Shown here: one piece after another, positions 38,000 to 49,849 of the stretch | Numbering within the stretch: the first letter of the stretch is position 1 | How the letters are laid out: each line of letters starts with the position of its first letter | Source: Spirochaetota bacterium | Lineage (GTDB): Bacteria > Spirochaetota > UBA4802 > UBA5550 | Reading direction: 5' to 3' | DNA length: 64,000 nucleotides | Assembly (NCBI GenBank): GCA_963664815.2 | Contig: CAXXHB010000003.1 | Location: 1,664,001 to 1,728,000 of the forward strand | The notes under the pieces: generated by a model | The model's input: the letters and a program-made list of their open reading frames with translations, nothing else | Told to the model about the DNA's origin: nothing | Database searches by the model: none | Translations under genes and position numbers: made by a program

Positions 38000-40291
38000 A
38001 TGTTCAGGAATATGAAACTTGGTATTAAAATTCTTACAGGATTTACAGTTCTCACTTTTCTTATAATAGGTGTTGGGGTAATTGGAATTGTTAACATCAG
38101 GCAAATTAATAGCGCAGATACAAAACTATATGAAAAAATGACTCTGCCGCTGGGTGATCTTGGACAGGCGGGAATGGACTTCCACCGTATAAGGGTTAAC
38201 CTCAGGGACGCTATATCGTCAACCAGTATATCTGACAGAGATAATTTTATAAAGAGAGTGGAAGAGCTTGGAAAAGATATGATTAATAATCTTGATGATT
38301 ATGAGAAAACAATACTTACAGATGAAGGAAGGCGGCAGTTTACTGAAATGAAAAAATCCATTGATGATTACACTATTCAGCAGAATGAAATGATACGGTT
38401 AATAAAGGATAATAAAAATGCAGAAGCCTCAGTTATTCTTTATGGTGAGGGCGGGAAATGTGCAAGAAAAATAATTGATCTTGTTGACAAGATGTATGAA
38501 CTGAAGACTTCCATGGCCAAAAAAACATCAGACGAAAATACAGTGCTGGCAAATTCATCTGTGACATTAATGATGATTTTAATTATATTTGCCGCTGTTT
38601 TTTCAGCAATACTAACTTTTGTACTTACCGGAAACATAAAAAAAATTATTAAAAATCTTCTGGATGAAGCCGGGCGTCTTGTTGATGCTGCGGTAAACGG
38701 TAAACTCGATATAAGGGCTGATCCGCAGAAGATAAATTTTGAATTCAGAGATATAGTGGTTGGAGTAAACAATACTCTTGATGCGGTAATAGGACCATTG
38801 AATGTAGCAGCCGAATATGTGGAAAGAATTTCTAGAGGAGATATTCCGCCTAAGATTTCTGATACTTATCATGGAGACTTTAATGAGATAAAGAATAACC
38901 TCAATATGTGTATCGATGCAGTAAATCTGCTTGTGAATGATGCCGGCATGCTCTCAAAAGCTGCAGTTCAAGGGAAACTGGATACCCGTGCAGATGCGAG
39001 CAGACACCAGGGGGACTTCGCAGCGATAGTGAAGGGTGTAAATGATACACTTGATGCGGTAATAGGCCCGCTGAATGTTGCAGCAGAGTATGTTGAGAGG
39101 ATCTCTAAAGGTGATATCCCGCCGAAAATTACTGACAGCTACAATGGAGATTTTAATGAAATTAAGAATAATATAAATATTCTTACCGATGCCATGAACA
39201 AAATTACTGATGTTTCCCAGGAGATTGCAGGAGGAAACCTTATGATTCAGGTGGAGGAAAGGTCGGCACAGGATAAACTGATGATTGCTCTTAAAAAAAT
39301 GGTTAGTGATCTGACGTCAATAGCAGTCGATGTTCAGACAGCGGCCAACCAGGTTGCAACAGGGAGTGGTGAAATGAGCTCATCTGCAGAGGAGATGGCG
39401 CAGAGTGCCAATGAACAGTCCGCCAGTGTTGAGCAGGTGTCCAGCTCAATGGAGGAAATGAACAGTTCGGTTATTCAGAATGCCGATAACGCAAAACAGA
39501 CAGCTGCGATTTCAGACAAGGCGGCGAAAGATGCAAGGGATGGAGGAACCGCCGTTGCTGAAACTGTAAAGGCAATGAAGAGTATAGCGGAAAAGATTTC
39601 CGTAATTGAAGATATAGCAGCACAGACCAATATGCTTGCGCTTAATGCTGCAATTGAGGCAGCCAGGGCGGGCGAACATGGGAAGGGTTTTGCCGTGGTT
39701 GCGGGAGAAGTAAGGACATTGGCAGAGAGGAGCGGCAACGCGGCCAAAGAGATAAATAATCTTTCAATGCAGAGTGTTGAGGTTGCAGAACGTGCGGGAA
39801 AACTCATCGAGGATATAGTACCTCAGATACAAAAGACAGCAGAACTGGTGCAGGAGATAAATGTGTCAAGCTCGGAACAGGCTAACGGAATTGCTCAGGT
39901 AACTCAGGCTGTTGAACAGCTTGATAAAGGGATACAGCAGAGTGCAACTGCAACTGAAGAGATGGCATCAACTACAGAGGAGCTTCTTGGACAGGCGGAA
40001 CAGTTGCAGCGGGCAGCATCATTCTTTAAAGTAAAAGATAATCAGTTTGATGCTGGAGGTGGTAATGGTAACGGAAGACATCCCGGCAGGGAGCATTACA
40101 TTCCCGATAAACGTCAAGGGAAAGCAGGTATTTCAAAGATTTTAAACAGGCAGAATAAACAGATCGAACCTGTCAACAAAGGTTCTGAATTGGAGGCAGT
40201 TAAAAAAAGCTATGGCAACAATGATGTAATAACTGCAGCAGGTGGTGTTGATATAAATCTTGCAAGTGACAGTGAATTTGAAAGATATTAA
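38000..40291 (+). CDS. Methyl-accepting chemotaxis protein (four-helix-bundle sensor, poly-HAMP)
   Basis: Two TM helices, duplicated HAMP block, hairpin tip [27 protein letters not shown] and C-terminal EFERY. Confidence 0.95.
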   Translation: MFRNMKLGIKILTGFTVLTFLIIGVGVIGIVNIRQINSADTKLYEKMTLPLGDLGQAGMDFHRIRVNLRDAISSTSISDRDNFIKRVEELGKDMINNLDDYEKTILTDEGRRQFTEMKKSIDDYTIQQNEMIRLIKDNKNAEASVILYGEGGKCARKIIDLVDKMYELKTSMAKKTSDENTVLANSSVTLMMILIIFAAVFSAILTFVLTGNIKKIIKNLLDEAGRLVDAAVNGKLDIRADPQKINFEFRDIVVGVNNTLDAVIGPLNVAAEYVERISRGDIPPKISDTYHGDFNEIKNNLNMCIDAVNLLVNDAGMLSKAAVQGKLDTRADASRHQGDFAAIVKGVNDTLDAVIGPLNVAAEYVERISKGDIPPKITDSYNGDFNEIKNNINILTDAMNKITDVSQEIAGGNLMIQVEERSAQDKLMIALKKMVSDLTSIAVDVQTAANQVATGSGEMSSSAEEMAQSANEQSASVEQVSSSMEEMNSSVIQNADNAKQTAAISDKAAKDARDGGTAVAETVKAMKSIAEKISVIEDIAAQTNMLALNAAIEAARAGEHGKGFAVVAGEVRTLAERSGNAAKEINNLSMQSVEVAERAGKLIEDIVPQIQKTAELVQEINVSSSEQANGIAQVTQAVEQLDKGIQQSATATEEMASTTEELLGQAEQLQRAASFFKVKDNQFDAGGGNGNGRHPGREHYIPDKRQGKAGISKILNRQNKQIEPVNKGSELEAVKKSYGNNDVITAAGGVDINLASDSEFERY

Positions 40292-40297
40292 AATTCT

Positions 40298-41203
40298 GTG
40301 ATGGAGTTGAACATGCTGACAGGAACCGGAGTAAAAACAGATATATCCGTGATGAACAGTGAAACAGTAATGTCAGAGAAGGAGTTTGCGCTTTTCAGCA
40401 GCATGATATATTCAGGAACGGGGATTAAAATGCCCCCTGTAAAAAAACTGATGCTTACTTCAAGACTGATTAAAAGGATGAAGCTGCTTGAAATAAAATC
40501 TTTTAAGCAATATTATGAGTATGTGTGCAGTCCTGAAGGAAAGGTAAATGAATATTTCAGAATGATAGATGCTGTAACAACAAACAAAACCGATTTTTTC
40601 AGAGAGAACGCGCATTTTGAAATTCTTGTAAACATGGTACTGCCGGAGTTGTCCGCCAAGGAAAAATTTGTTAAGGGAAATCCGGTAAATATATGGAGTG
40701 CGGGATGTTCTACGGGAGAGGAGCCTTATACAATTGCTATGGTAACATCGGACTTTTTCAGTAGAGAAAGAATGAAAGGTAAAGAACCTGTTTCGATCCT
40801 TGCAACAGATATTTCTACAAAGGTACTTAATTCTGCAGTTAATGCTGTATATTCAGAAGATTCAATCAAGCCTGTACCGCATACTTTGAGAAAAAAATAT
40901 CTGCTCCGGGGGAAAGGAGAAAAACAGGGGATGTTCCGGATTGCACCGGAGATAAGAAAAATGGTAAATTTCAAAAAACTTAATCTTATGGATGAAAGGT
41001 TTAATCTTGATGTGGAGATAGATATAGTGTTCTGCAGAAACGTGATTATATATTTTGACAGAGATACCCAGAGGGAACTTTTCAACAGGTTTTATGATGT
41101 TATTTCACCCGGTGGTTATCTTTTTATCGGGAGTTCAGAAACACTTCAGGGACTTAATGACAGGTTTGTCCCGGCGGGACCGACTGTCTACAGGAAGCTG
41201 TGA
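40298..41203 (+). CDS. cheR: Chemotaxis protein-glutamate methyltransferase CheR
   Basis: TTNKTDFFRE, WSAGCSTGEEPY, ATDIS and FCRNVIIYF motifs. Confidence 0.94.
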   Translation: MMELNMLTGTGVKTDISVMNSETVMSEKEFALFSSMIYSGTGIKMPPVKKLMLTSRLIKRMKLLEIKSFKQYYEYVCSPEGKVNEYFRMIDAVTTNKTDFFRENAHFEILVNMVLPELSAKEKFVKGNPVNIWSAGCSTGEEPYTIAMVTSDFFSRERMKGKEPVSILATDISTKVLNSAVNAVYSEDSIKPVPHTLRKKYLLRGKGEKQGMFRIAPEIRKMVNFKKLNLMDERFNLDVEIDIVFCRNVIIYFDRDTQRELFNRFYDVISPGGYLFIGSSETLQGLNDRFVPAGPTVYRKL

Positions 41204-41242
41204 ATATAAATGGAATCTGTATGTAAATGACCGGGAGAGATT

Positions 41243-42319
41243 ATGGAGAGGAAGATAAAGGTGCTTGTTGTTGATGATTCGGCTGTTGTAAGAAAGGCAA
41301 TGACCGAAATACTTGAATCAGATCCTTCAATTGAAGTAATTGATACTGCTTCAGATCCATATATTGCCGTGGAGAAAATAAGAAAAGTGATCCCTGATGT
41401 TATAACACTTGATGTTGAGATGCCGAGAATGGATGGAGTAACATTTCTTCACCGGATTATGAGTCAGCATCCCATACCGGTGGTGATGTGCTCAAGTCTG
41501 ACTGAAGAGGGTGCCGAAACAACGCTCAGAGCACTTGATTATGGTGCGGTTGATATTATAACAAAACCTAAAATGGGAGTGCAGAAGTTTCTGGAGGAAT
41601 CACAGATAAGGATATGCGATTCTGTAAAAGCGGCGTCACAGGCAAAACTTAAAATACTTACTGCGGGGAAAAAGCATCATCGGACGACGGAAAAACTCAC
41701 AGCTGATGTAATTCTAGCACCGCCCACAGGCAAGTCAATGCTGAGAACAACGGAGAAGATTATTGTAGTAGGGGCATCAACTGGCGGTACAGAAGCATTG
41801 CGTATATTTCTTGAAAGTATGCCGCAGGATGCGCCCGGAATAGTTATAGTGCAGCATATGCCGGAGAATTTCACCAAGGCTTTCGCCAAACGCTTAGACG
41901 GTATATGCAGTATTGGAGTGAAGGAGGCAGAAGACGGAGATACAATAATCCGGGGTAGGGCGTTGATTGCTCCTGGTAATAAACATATGCTGATTAAAAG
42001 AAGCGGGGCGCGCTACTATGTGGAGATCAAAGATGGTCCGCTGGTGTCGCGCCACAGGCCGTCTGTTGATGTACTGTTCAGGTCGGCGGCTGAGTATGCT
42101 GGTGTAAATACGGTCGGTGTTATAATGACAGGAATGGGCGATGACGGCGCAAGGGGGATGCTAGAGATGAAACATGCCGGAGCATTTAACATAGCACAGG
42201 ATGAGAAAAGCTGTGTTGTATTCGGCATGCCTAATGAGGCCATTAAACTTGGTGCTGTTGATTCTGTGCTGCCGTTACTGTCTATAGCGGGGAGTGTACT
42301 TAAAGAGTGCTTGAAATAA
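41243..42319 (+). CDS. cheB: Chemotaxis response regulator methylesterase CheB
   Basis: REC domain plus GASTGG, QHMP, HRPSVD and MTGMGDDG motifs. Confidence 0.96.
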   Translation: MERKIKVLVVDDSAVVRKAMTEILESDPSIEVIDTASDPYIAVEKIRKVIPDVITLDVEMPRMDGVTFLHRIMSQHPIPVVMCSSLTEEGAETTLRALDYGAVDIITKPKMGVQKFLEESQIRICDSVKAASQAKLKILTAGKKHHRTTEKLTADVILAPPTGKSMLRTTEKIIVVGASTGGTEALRIFLESMPQDAPGIVIVQHMPENFTKAFAKRLDGICSIGVKEAEDGDTIIRGRALIAPGNKHMLIKRSGARYYVEIKDGPLVSRHRPSVDVLFRSAAEYAGVNTVGVIMTGMGDDGARGMLEMKHAGAFNIAQDEKSCVVFGMPNEAIKLGAVDSVLPLLSIAGSVLKECLK

Positions 42320-42337
42320 AAAAAATGGAGTGAAATT

Positions 42338-42880
42338 ATGGGTGAAACGATAAACTGTATAAGCCCGGATAATAATATCAATTATTCATATGGAACAAAC
42401 TCCGAGACAAAACAAGAAGGAACAGATAGTGTTAAGCTTTATTTTACATTTAAAATAAGGAATGATCTTTTCGGAATACCGGTAAATACAATAAGGGAGG
42501 TTTTGAAATATACAAAAGTATTCAGAACTCCGAGAGTACCTGGTTATATCAAGGGTGTTATAAATCTGCGTGGAGAGGTTGTACCCGTGATAAATCTTCC
42601 CTGCAGGTTTTATGATATGGAAAGCGGGATAACGGAGAATACATCAATAATAATAATTGAGATTACAGAAAATGATGAAAAAATACCAGTGGGGGTTATG
42701 ATCGATTCAGTAAGAGAGGTCACTGAACTTAGCGATGAAAGCATTGAATCTACTCCGGAGGTCGGTAACAGGATAAAGCCGGATTATATCGAAGGGATTG
42801 GAAAGGTTAATGGAGAGTTTGCTATTCTGCTTAAAATTGAAAAGGTTTTGAAGATAGATGAGCTTTCAGATTTTAACTGA
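42338..42880 (+). CDS. cheW: Chemotaxis coupling protein CheW
   Basis: IREVL..PRVPGYIKGVINLRGEVVPVINL..GVMIDSV. Confidence 0.94.
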   Translation: MGETINCISPDNNINYSYGTNSETKQEGTDSVKLYFTFKIRNDLFGIPVNTIREVLKYTKVFRTPRVPGYIKGVINLRGEVVPVINLPCRFYDMESGITENTSIIIIEITENDEKIPVGVMIDSVREVTELSDESIESTPEVGNRIKPDYIEGIGKVNGEFAILLKIEKVLKIDELSDFN

Positions 42881-43055
42881 CAGGAAGTTATAATATTTTG
42901 AAGTTGTCACATAATGTTTGAGTGGAGAGATATATTTATTTTTCAATAAACAGTTTGTGAAGTGAATTTTTATTTATTAGTGGAAGATAAAATATATAAG
43001 TTAAAACAATTATTGTGAGTGTAGGCATAAAGAATTATTAATAGGGAGGATTCTT

Positions 43056-43424
43056 ATGGCAAAGAAGGTTATGGTGATTGATGATTCAAATGCTATCAGA
43101 CAGTCACTTGTTTATACGTTAAAAAGCGCCGGTTATGATGCAATCGAAGCTTCTAACGGTGCTGTAGCGCTTGATCTTATGAAACAGTGTTCAATAGGCC
43201 TTTTTATTTCAGATGTGAATATGCCTGAGATGGACGGGATTACACTGTTAAGAAAAATCAAGGAGGATTCTTCTTATAAACATACGCCGGTTATCATGCT
43301 CACAACAGAGTCATCATCTGATATGATTGAGTCGGGGAAAAAAGCGGGTGCAAAAGCGTGGATTATAAAACCTTTCCAGCCGGAACAGCTTCTCGATGCT
43401 GTTAAAAAACTTTTTGTAAACTGA
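43056..43424 (+). CDS. cheY: Single-domain response regulator CheY
   Basis: VIDDS, ISDVNMPEMDG, MLTTES and WIIKPF motifs; GGAGG RBS; upstream of STAS-cheA. Confidence 0.9.
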   Translation: MAKKVMVIDDSNAIRQSLVYTLKSAGYDAIEASNGAVALDLMKQCSIGLFISDVNMPEMDGITLLRKIKEDSSYKHTPVIMLTTESSSDMIESGKKAGAKAWIIKPFQPEQLLDAVKKLFVN

Positions 43425-43450
43425 TTCATTTCAGAGATGGAGAAGCGGTT

Positions 43451-43744
43451 ATGAAACTGAGTATAGAAAAGAAGAAAAATGAAAACAATATAGTTTCAAT
43501 GATTATGAAAGGGGAACTGACAGTCTATACAGTTGTGAAGCTTAAGGATATTATCATTAAGGAACTTAACTCTTTTTCAGGGATGGTGTTGAATCTTGCC
43601 GGTATTGATGAGGCTGATTCTGCAGGATTCCAGTTTCTCATTTTTATAAAGCGTGAGGCAGAAAAATCAGGCAAGAGTCTGGTTATAGACAATGCAAGCG
43701 GAAGGATAAAATCAATTTTCTCTCTTTATAATGAGAATCTTTAA
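43451..43744 (+). CDS. STAS domain protein (chemotaxis-associated)
   Basis: GELTVYT..LNLAGIDEADSAGFQ; lies between cheY and cheA. Confidence 0.88.
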   Translation: MKLSIEKKKNENNIVSMIMKGELTVYTVVKLKDIIIKELNSFSGMVLNLAGIDEADSAGFQFLIFIKREAEKSGKSLVIDNASGRIKSIFSLYNENL

Positions 43745-43758
43745 TCGGGGGTCTCGGG

Positions 43759-45930
43759 ATGTCTATCAGCAGCAGTGACAAAAATTTTAAGAAAGAATAT
43801 TTTACCGAGAGCAGGGAGCTGCTTGATGCAATGGAAATGTCACTTCTGGCTCTTGAGAAAAATAATAAAGATGAGGATTCAATAAATTCAATTTTCAGGA
43901 GCGTTCATACTATCAAGGGGAACTCCGGAATGTTCGGATATGAAAAGATCGGTGAGTTCACGCATCTCCTTGAAAATATACTTGTATGTGTCAGAAGTGG
44001 AAAACTTGACATGAACGGTGATCTGACTGTGATTTTTCTTGAATGCCATGATTTTATAATGAACATGATAGATTTTTTTGAGGATAATAATAATCAAAAG
44101 CTTGATGAAATGAATGAAAAGATTTTCAACGAAATTGCAGGAAGACTGAATTCTTATATTGAAATGCATGATTGTATTCCGGTTGCAGAGAGAGAAGAAT
44201 ATGTTCAGGAGATAACTTCCTGCGTTGATGATGACACGAAAGTCTGTAATGATTGCTGGCATATATCGCTCAGGTTTGGTGAGAGAGTTTTCCAGGACGG
44301 GCTTGATCCGTATTCGTTCATAAGATACCTTGCTGAAAAAGGTGATATAGAAAATATGAGAACTGTCTGTGACCGTATACCAGACGCAGATCATATGAAT
44401 CCGGAGATATGTTATCTTGGTTTTGAAATTGATTTTAAAAGTTCCATAACTAAAAGCGAAATAGAGAATGTTTTCGAATTCGTCAGAGAAGACTGCGAGA
44501 TAAGAATCCTTCCGCCGTTTACAAGCATCTCGGAGTATGTGAAGCTGATAGAAGCCCTGCCGGAAACAAATATGCGGATCGGTGAAATGCTGAAAGAGAT
44601 CGGGTCACTTACCTCGTCTGAACTTGTTCTGGCACTTCAGCTGCAGAGTCTTAACAGCAGTGATTCATTTGATGAAACTGATAAACAGTTTGTAGGGAAA
44701 ATACTTGTAAATGAGAAAATGATTCAGAAGCCGGTACTCGAAGCAGCACTTGAAAAACAGCAGACGGTAAGAAGGAGGGAGGAGAGTGACCGCAAAACAA
44801 TCCGTGTTGAAGCCGGAAAGCTTGATAAACTGATTAACCTGATTGGTGAACTTGTGATAACCGGATCAAACGTAAAGCAGATATCTGAATCGGATGAAAA
44901 AGCCGGTCTCGTAAAAGCTGTCAATGATATGTCGAAGCTTATCGAAGAAATACGCGGAAGTTCAATGGGGATCAGGATGGTACAGATAGGTGAAACTTTC
45001 AGCAGGTTTGAGCGTGTTGTAAGGGATTTGAGCAGGGAGAGGGGCAAAAGAATAAACTTTGTTATTATGGGCGGAGATACTGAACTTGATAAAACTCTGA
45101 TAGATAAATTGTCAGATCCTCTTATACACCTTGTAAGGAACTCTGTTGATCATGGAATAGGGACTCCGGAGGAGAGAACTGCAAACGGAAAATCTGCTGT
45201 CGGTACACTTACACTGAACGCATATCATGAAACCGGGAGTATCGTAATAGAAGTGAAAGATGACGGACACGGGCTGGATAAAGAGAAGATACTTGGAAAG
45301 GCTATTGAACTGGGACTTGCCAAACCTGACCAGGTATATCAGGATTTTGAAATACACCAGTTCATATTTCAGCCCGGATTCTCAACGGCGGCTGAGGTTA
45401 CGAATATTTCCGGCCGCGGCGTTGGTATGGATGTTGTAAAAAGAAATATTGAGTCTCTGCGTGGTAATGTGATGATAGAAAGTGAGACCGGTATGGGTAC
45501 AACAATACGAATACATCTCCCGCTTACACTGGCAATCATAGATGGTTTTATGGTAAGGATTGCCGATTCTTATTATGTTCTGCCGCTGGATATGGTAACT
45601 GAATGTACAGAGGTACATAAAGACGAACTGGAATCAAGAGAGGGGGGTAATTACATAAACCTGCGTGGAGATGTTCTACCTTTTATGAAAATGCGTGAAT
45701 TTTTCATGGAGACAGGTGAAGAACCTGTAAAACATAAGGTTGTAGTTGTAGAACATGCGAGAAGGAGAGTGGGACTCATTGTGGATGAACTTGTCGGTGA
45801 ATTCCAGACGGTTATAAAACCGATGGGAAAAATATTCAGTAGTCTGCAGTGGGCAAGCGGATCAACGATACTTGGTACCGGAGAGGTAGCTTATATTCTT
45901 GATATACCGAAACTTATACAGACGGAATAA
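43759..45930 (+). CDS. cheA: Chemotaxis histidine kinase CheA
   Basis: HPt IFRSVHTIKG, dimerisation LDKLINLIGEL, HLVRNSVDHG, PGFSTA..SGRGVGMDVV and C-terminal CheW domain. Confidence 0.96.
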   Translation: MSISSSDKNFKKEYFTESRELLDAMEMSLLALEKNNKDEDSINSIFRSVHTIKGNSGMFGYEKIGEFTHLLENILVCVRSGKLDMNGDLTVIFLECHDFIMNMIDFFEDNNNQKLDEMNEKIFNEIAGRLNSYIEMHDCIPVAEREEYVQEITSCVDDDTKVCNDCWHISLRFGERVFQDGLDPYSFIRYLAEKGDIENMRTVCDRIPDADHMNPEICYLGFEIDFKSSITKSEIENVFEFVREDCEIRILPPFTSISEYVKLIEALPETNMRIGEMLKEIGSLTSSELVLALQLQSLNSSDSFDETDKQFVGKILVNEKMIQKPVLEAALEKQQTVRRREESDRKTIRVEAGKLDKLINLIGELVITGSNVKQISESDEKAGLVKAVNDMSKLIEEIRGSSMGIRMVQIGETFSRFERVVRDLSRERGKRINFVIMGGDTELDKTLIDKLSDPLIHLVRNSVDHGIGTPEERTANGKSAVGTLTLNAYHETGSIVIEVKDDGHGLDKEKILGKAIELGLAKPDQVYQDFEIHQFIFQPGFSTAAEVTNISGRGVGMDVVKRNIESLRGNVMIESETGMGTTIRIHLPLTLAIIDGFMVRIADSYYVLPLDMVTECTEVHKDELESREGGNYINLRGDVLPFMKMREFFMETGEEPVKHKVVVVEHARRRVGLIVDELVGEFQTVIKPMGKIFSSLQWASGSTILGTGEVAYILDIPKLIQTE

Positions 45931-45960
45931 GTTTCTTTTTTTAAATTATGCAGAGGATTT

Positions 45961-47979
45961 ATGCAGAAAGATTCTTCGGGAAATATACTTCTGGTTGAAG
46001 ATGATGATTTTATTTCAATAGCAGAAACAGTCTTTCTCAAATCTAAGGGATATGGGGTAATAACTGCTTCAGATGGAGATAAAGCTCTTAAAATTATCCG
46101 TGAAAATGACAGCATATACCTTGTGCTTATGGATATTGAACTCGGAGAGGGGATGTCCGGCGTGGAAACAGCACGTAGAATTCTTGAAATAAAAGAGATA
46201 CCTGTGGTATTTCTGACATCTTACTCAAACAGGGAGATAGTGGAACAGGTAAACAGCGTTACTAGGTATGGTTATGTTACAAAGAATGTCGGTGATTATG
46301 TACTTATTTCAACAATAGAGATGGCTCTAAAATTGTTTAATACAAACAGGGAACTGAAGGAGAGTGAGGAAAAGTTCAGGAATTTAACTGAGGTTTCACC
46401 GAGCGCCATACTGATTCACCAGAATAATCATTTTGTATACAGCAACCCTGCCGGAGAGTATATTTCCGGTTATAGTGTGAATGAACTGTGCAGCATGAGA
46501 TACTGGGATATTGTAGCTCCGGAATTTCGTGATGATGTCATGGATAGGGCTAAAATGGTAATGGATGATGACAGTTATTCCAGCCTGTATGAAATCAGAA
46601 TAATCACCCGGGATGGTCGTGAAAAATGGGTATCAATGCGGGGAAGGAACATAAATTACCGCGGGAATCCGGCAAGGATGATTACCGTTATGGACAATAC
46701 TGAAATTAAACTTTCCGAGATTAAACTGAAAAAGAACCATGAAATACTTGAAGCTGCTTTAAGGAGATCAGAAGAACTGGCTTGTCGTGCTGAATCGGCC
46801 AACATGGCAAAAAGCCGTTTTCTTGCCAATATGAGTCATGAAATAAGAACTCCAATGAATGGAGTAATAGGAATGCTTGATATTCTTGTTAACACTGTAC
46901 TCGATGAAGAACAGGCAAAATATATAGATATAGCCCGTAAAAGCGGGGATTATCTGCTAAAACTTATTAATGATATTCTTGATCTGGAAAAGATAGAGTC
47001 GGATAAGTTCACACTAAATGAAAAAATTTTCAATCTTGAAGAGGTGGTACAGAGTGTTGTATTACTTTTAAAACCGAAAGCGGATAAAAAGAATATAAAG
47101 CTGGAATATATAATGGAAGGGGATATTCCGCATGTTCTTAAAGGTGATTATGAACGGCTTAGACAGGTGCTTATAAACATTACGGATAACGGTATAAAAT
47201 TTACTGAAGAGGGAGAGGTGCTGATAAAGATTTCTCCGGAAAAGAGAAACGGGAAAAATATATCAGTTTTATTCACTGTAAGCGATACCGGCTCAGGAAT
47301 ACCATCTGGCTTTACGAAAGAGATATTTACTCCGTTTACTCAGGCTGAAAACGGGTATAACCGCATGCATGGCGGAACGGGTCTCGGTCTTGTAATATCA
47401 AAGGAAATTGTAAGCAGAATGGGTGGAAATTTAAGTTTTGAGAGCTACTATGGCCAGGGAACAATATTCAGGTTCAATGCTCTTTTCAACGCTGATAATC
47501 TGAAACATATCAATAAAAATAAAATTAACAGGCCGGAAAATGGAAATAGTATTTTAAAAGGTAATTTCAGGTTTCTGATTGTCGAAGATAACAGGATAAA
47601 CAGTATAGTAACAGGTGAGATGCTCAGAAAGCTGGGTTTCAGGTACGATTTATCTGAAAATGGTTTCCAGTGTATTGAAAAACTGAAAAAAATCCATTAT
47701 GACATGGTATTTATGGATTGCCAGATGCCCGGAATTGATGGTTTTGAAACAACCAGGAAAATACGCATTGGTGATTCCGGAGTAAAAAACAGAGAAATAG
47801 TAATTGTTGCCCTTACAGCCCATGCAATGGAAGGGGACAGGGAGAGGTGTATAGAATCGGGAATGAACGATTATATTTCTAAACCTGTTAAACTGTCAGA
47901 TATAAGTATGACCATAGGGAAATGGCTTCAACCTTACAGAGATATACAGGTACTATATAAAAAAAAAAATAATTCTTAA
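45961..47979 (+). CDS. REC-PAS hybrid histidine kinase (REC-PAS-HisKA-HATPase-REC)
   Basis: N-terminal VEDD/LMDIEL, H-box [17 protein letters not shown] and C-terminal VEDN/FMDCQMP. Confidence 0.92.
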   Translation: MQKDSSGNILLVEDDDFISIAETVFLKSKGYGVITASDGDKALKIIRENDSIYLVLMDIELGEGMSGVETARRILEIKEIPVVFLTSYSNREIVEQVNSVTRYGYVTKNVGDYVLISTIEMALKLFNTNRELKESEEKFRNLTEVSPSAILIHQNNHFVYSNPAGEYISGYSVNELCSMRYWDIVAPEFRDDVMDRAKMVMDDDSYSSLYEIRIITRDGREKWVSMRGRNINYRGNPARMITVMDNTEIKLSEIKLKKNHEILEAALRRSEELACRAESANMAKSRFLANMSHEIRTPMNGVIGMLDILVNTVLDEEQAKYIDIARKSGDYLLKLINDILDLEKIESDKFTLNEKIFNLEEVVQSVVLLLKPKADKKNIKLEYIMEGDIPHVLKGDYERLRQVLINITDNGIKFTEEGEVLIKISPEKRNGKNISVLFTVSDTGSGIPSGFTKEIFTPFTQAENGYNRMHGGTGLGLVISKEIVSRMGGNLSFESYYGQGTIFRFNALFNADNLKHINKNKINRPENGNSILKGNFRFLIVEDNRINSIVTGEMLRKLGFRYDLSENGFQCIEKLKKIHYDMVFMDCQMPGIDGFETTRKIRIGDSGVKNREIVIVALTAHAMEGDRERCIESGMNDYISKPVKLSDISMTIGKWLQPYRDIQVLYKKKNNS

Positions 47980-48044
47980 GGGTTGGTATATTTATAAGGT
48001 AGTAGTAATTTAGTTTTACTCTGATATTCTTTACGGAGAAAAAT

Positions 48045-49811
48045 ATGCCTGACGAAAAAAAAACAATACTTATTGTTGAGGATGATGTAATTACATCATT
48101 AGCCGAGAAGATAATGCTTGAGACTAACGGATATATAGTGCTTACAGCCTCAAACGGCAGAAAAGCTGTTGATACCGCCATAAGATCACATGTGGATCTT
48201 GTACTTATGGATATTGAGTTAGGCGGTAATATGGATGGACATAGCGCAGCCAAAAAGATACTTGAGAAAAAAAATATTCCTATAGTATTTCTTACTGCCC
48301 ATATAGAGAAGGAGATGGTTGAAAAAGTCAGAAGTATAACAAGGTACGGTTATGCCCTTAAAAACTCAGGAGATTATGTGCTTTTATCATCAATTGAAAT
48401 GGTGTTGGAACTGTTTGAAGCTCATGAAAAGACAAGAATCAGCGAGGAGAACTTCAGGAGGCTTGTAGAGGACATAAACGATATAATTTTTTCTATTGAT
48501 GGTAACGGTTTTCTGACATACATAAGTCCAAGAGTGGAAGCTGTCAGTGGCTATAGGGTGGAAGAGGTTATAAATCATCATTTCAGTGATTTTACTTATG
48601 GGAATGATATAAAAAAAGTAAAAAAACTCATTTCAACTTTCGGAGAGGAGCGGGAATATAAAAGTGAATTCAGAAAGATCAGGAAAAATGGTGAAATAGC
48701 ATGGATCAGCGCATCTCTTCGCCCAATTTTTACAGATGGGGTTTTCGCAGGCGCAACAGGAATACTCTCGGATATCACAGAAAGGAAAAAAAGCGAAGAG
48801 AAGGTCAAACACCTCCTTGCTGAAAAGGGTGATCTCTTAAATGAAATAAACTGTCTATACAAAATATCCCGTATTGCTGAGGAAAACACTGCTTCAGAAG
48901 ATGCTGTTATTGCAGAGTCTATCATGGAAATACCCAGTGGGTTTAATAAAGCGGATAAAATAACAGTACGGATAAATTGTGATGGTCGGATATTTTTTTC
49001 CGGGAAATCAATTCTCTTTTCCGATTCGGTAAAAAAGAATATAATAGTTAACGGCGGGGTTCATGGCAATATTGAGGCCTTTTATAGTGATGGTCATTCG
49101 TTTACAGAAAGAGAGAAGTTATTTCTTGAAACTGTAGCTGAGAGATTGGGCAGAGTAATAGAACTGATTATTGCAAAGAATGAGCTGAGAGAGCTTGAAA
49201 AAGAAATTATAAGCATAAGTGAGGATGAACGTCAGAAGATTGGACGCGAAATACATGACAGCCTGGGGCAGATACTGACAGGAATAAGCTTTCTGCTTAA
49301 GACAGTCAGTAACAGTAACAATAATGGTCTTATACCTTCAGAAAAGATAGAAGAGATATCAAATCTTGTTTATGACGCAACTATGATCTGCCGGAAAATT
49401 ACAAAGGGGCTTCCTATGAAGAGTATAGGTCATGATAACCTTGTAATAGCAATTGACCAGCTTGCAATTAATATGAGGAATATTTACCAGCTTAATTGTG
49501 AGTTTGCATGTAAAGGCGAAGTAAAGCTGAAAGATGATTTTACATCGTCACAGCTTTATTATATAGCACAGGAGGCAGTTAACAATGCAGCCAAACATAG
49601 CAGCGCAGGGAATATAAAAATCCGCATAACTAAGGAAGATGATGTTATCAAACTTACGGTTCATGATGATGGTAAAGGCAGAGTCGAAAATGATTCGGGT
49701 GGGATCGGACTGAGTATAATGAAATATCGTTCTGATCTTATAGGCGGAACTTTCCGTGCTGAAAATCACTTTGACAGGGGATTTTTTGTATCAGTGGATG
49801 TCCCGTTGTAA
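48045..49811 (+). CDS. REC-PAS histidine kinase of HisKA_3 (NarX/DegS) type
   Basis: N-terminal REC, PAS, ERQKIGREIHDSLGQ, QEAVNNAAKHS, DDGKG and GIGL. Confidence 0.9.
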   Translation: MPDEKKTILIVEDDVITSLAEKIMLETNGYIVLTASNGRKAVDTAIRSHVDLVLMDIELGGNMDGHSAAKKILEKKNIPIVFLTAHIEKEMVEKVRSITRYGYALKNSGDYVLLSSIEMVLELFEAHEKTRISEENFRRLVEDINDIIFSIDGNGFLTYISPRVEAVSGYRVEEVINHHFSDFTYGNDIKKVKKLISTFGEEREYKSEFRKIRKNGEIAWISASLRPIFTDGVFAGATGILSDITERKKSEEKVKHLLAEKGDLLNEINCLYKISRIAEENTASEDAVIAESIMEIPSGFNKADKITVRINCDGRIFFSGKSILFSDSVKKNIIVNGGVHGNIEAFYSDGHSFTEREKLFLETVAERLGRVIELIIAKNELRELEKEIISISEDERQKIGREIHDSLGQILTGISFLLKTVSNSNNNGLIPSEKIEEISNLVYDATMICRKITKGLPMKSIGHDNLVIAIDQLAINMRNIYQLNCEFACKGEVKLKDDFTSSQLYYIAQEAVNNAAKHSSAGNIKIRITKEDDVIKLTVHDDGKGRVENDSGGIGLSIMKYRSDLIGGTFRAENHFDRGFFVSVDVPL

Positions 49812-49849
49812 AGATTTTAAGATTTATATTCAATGAAAAGGTATACCTG

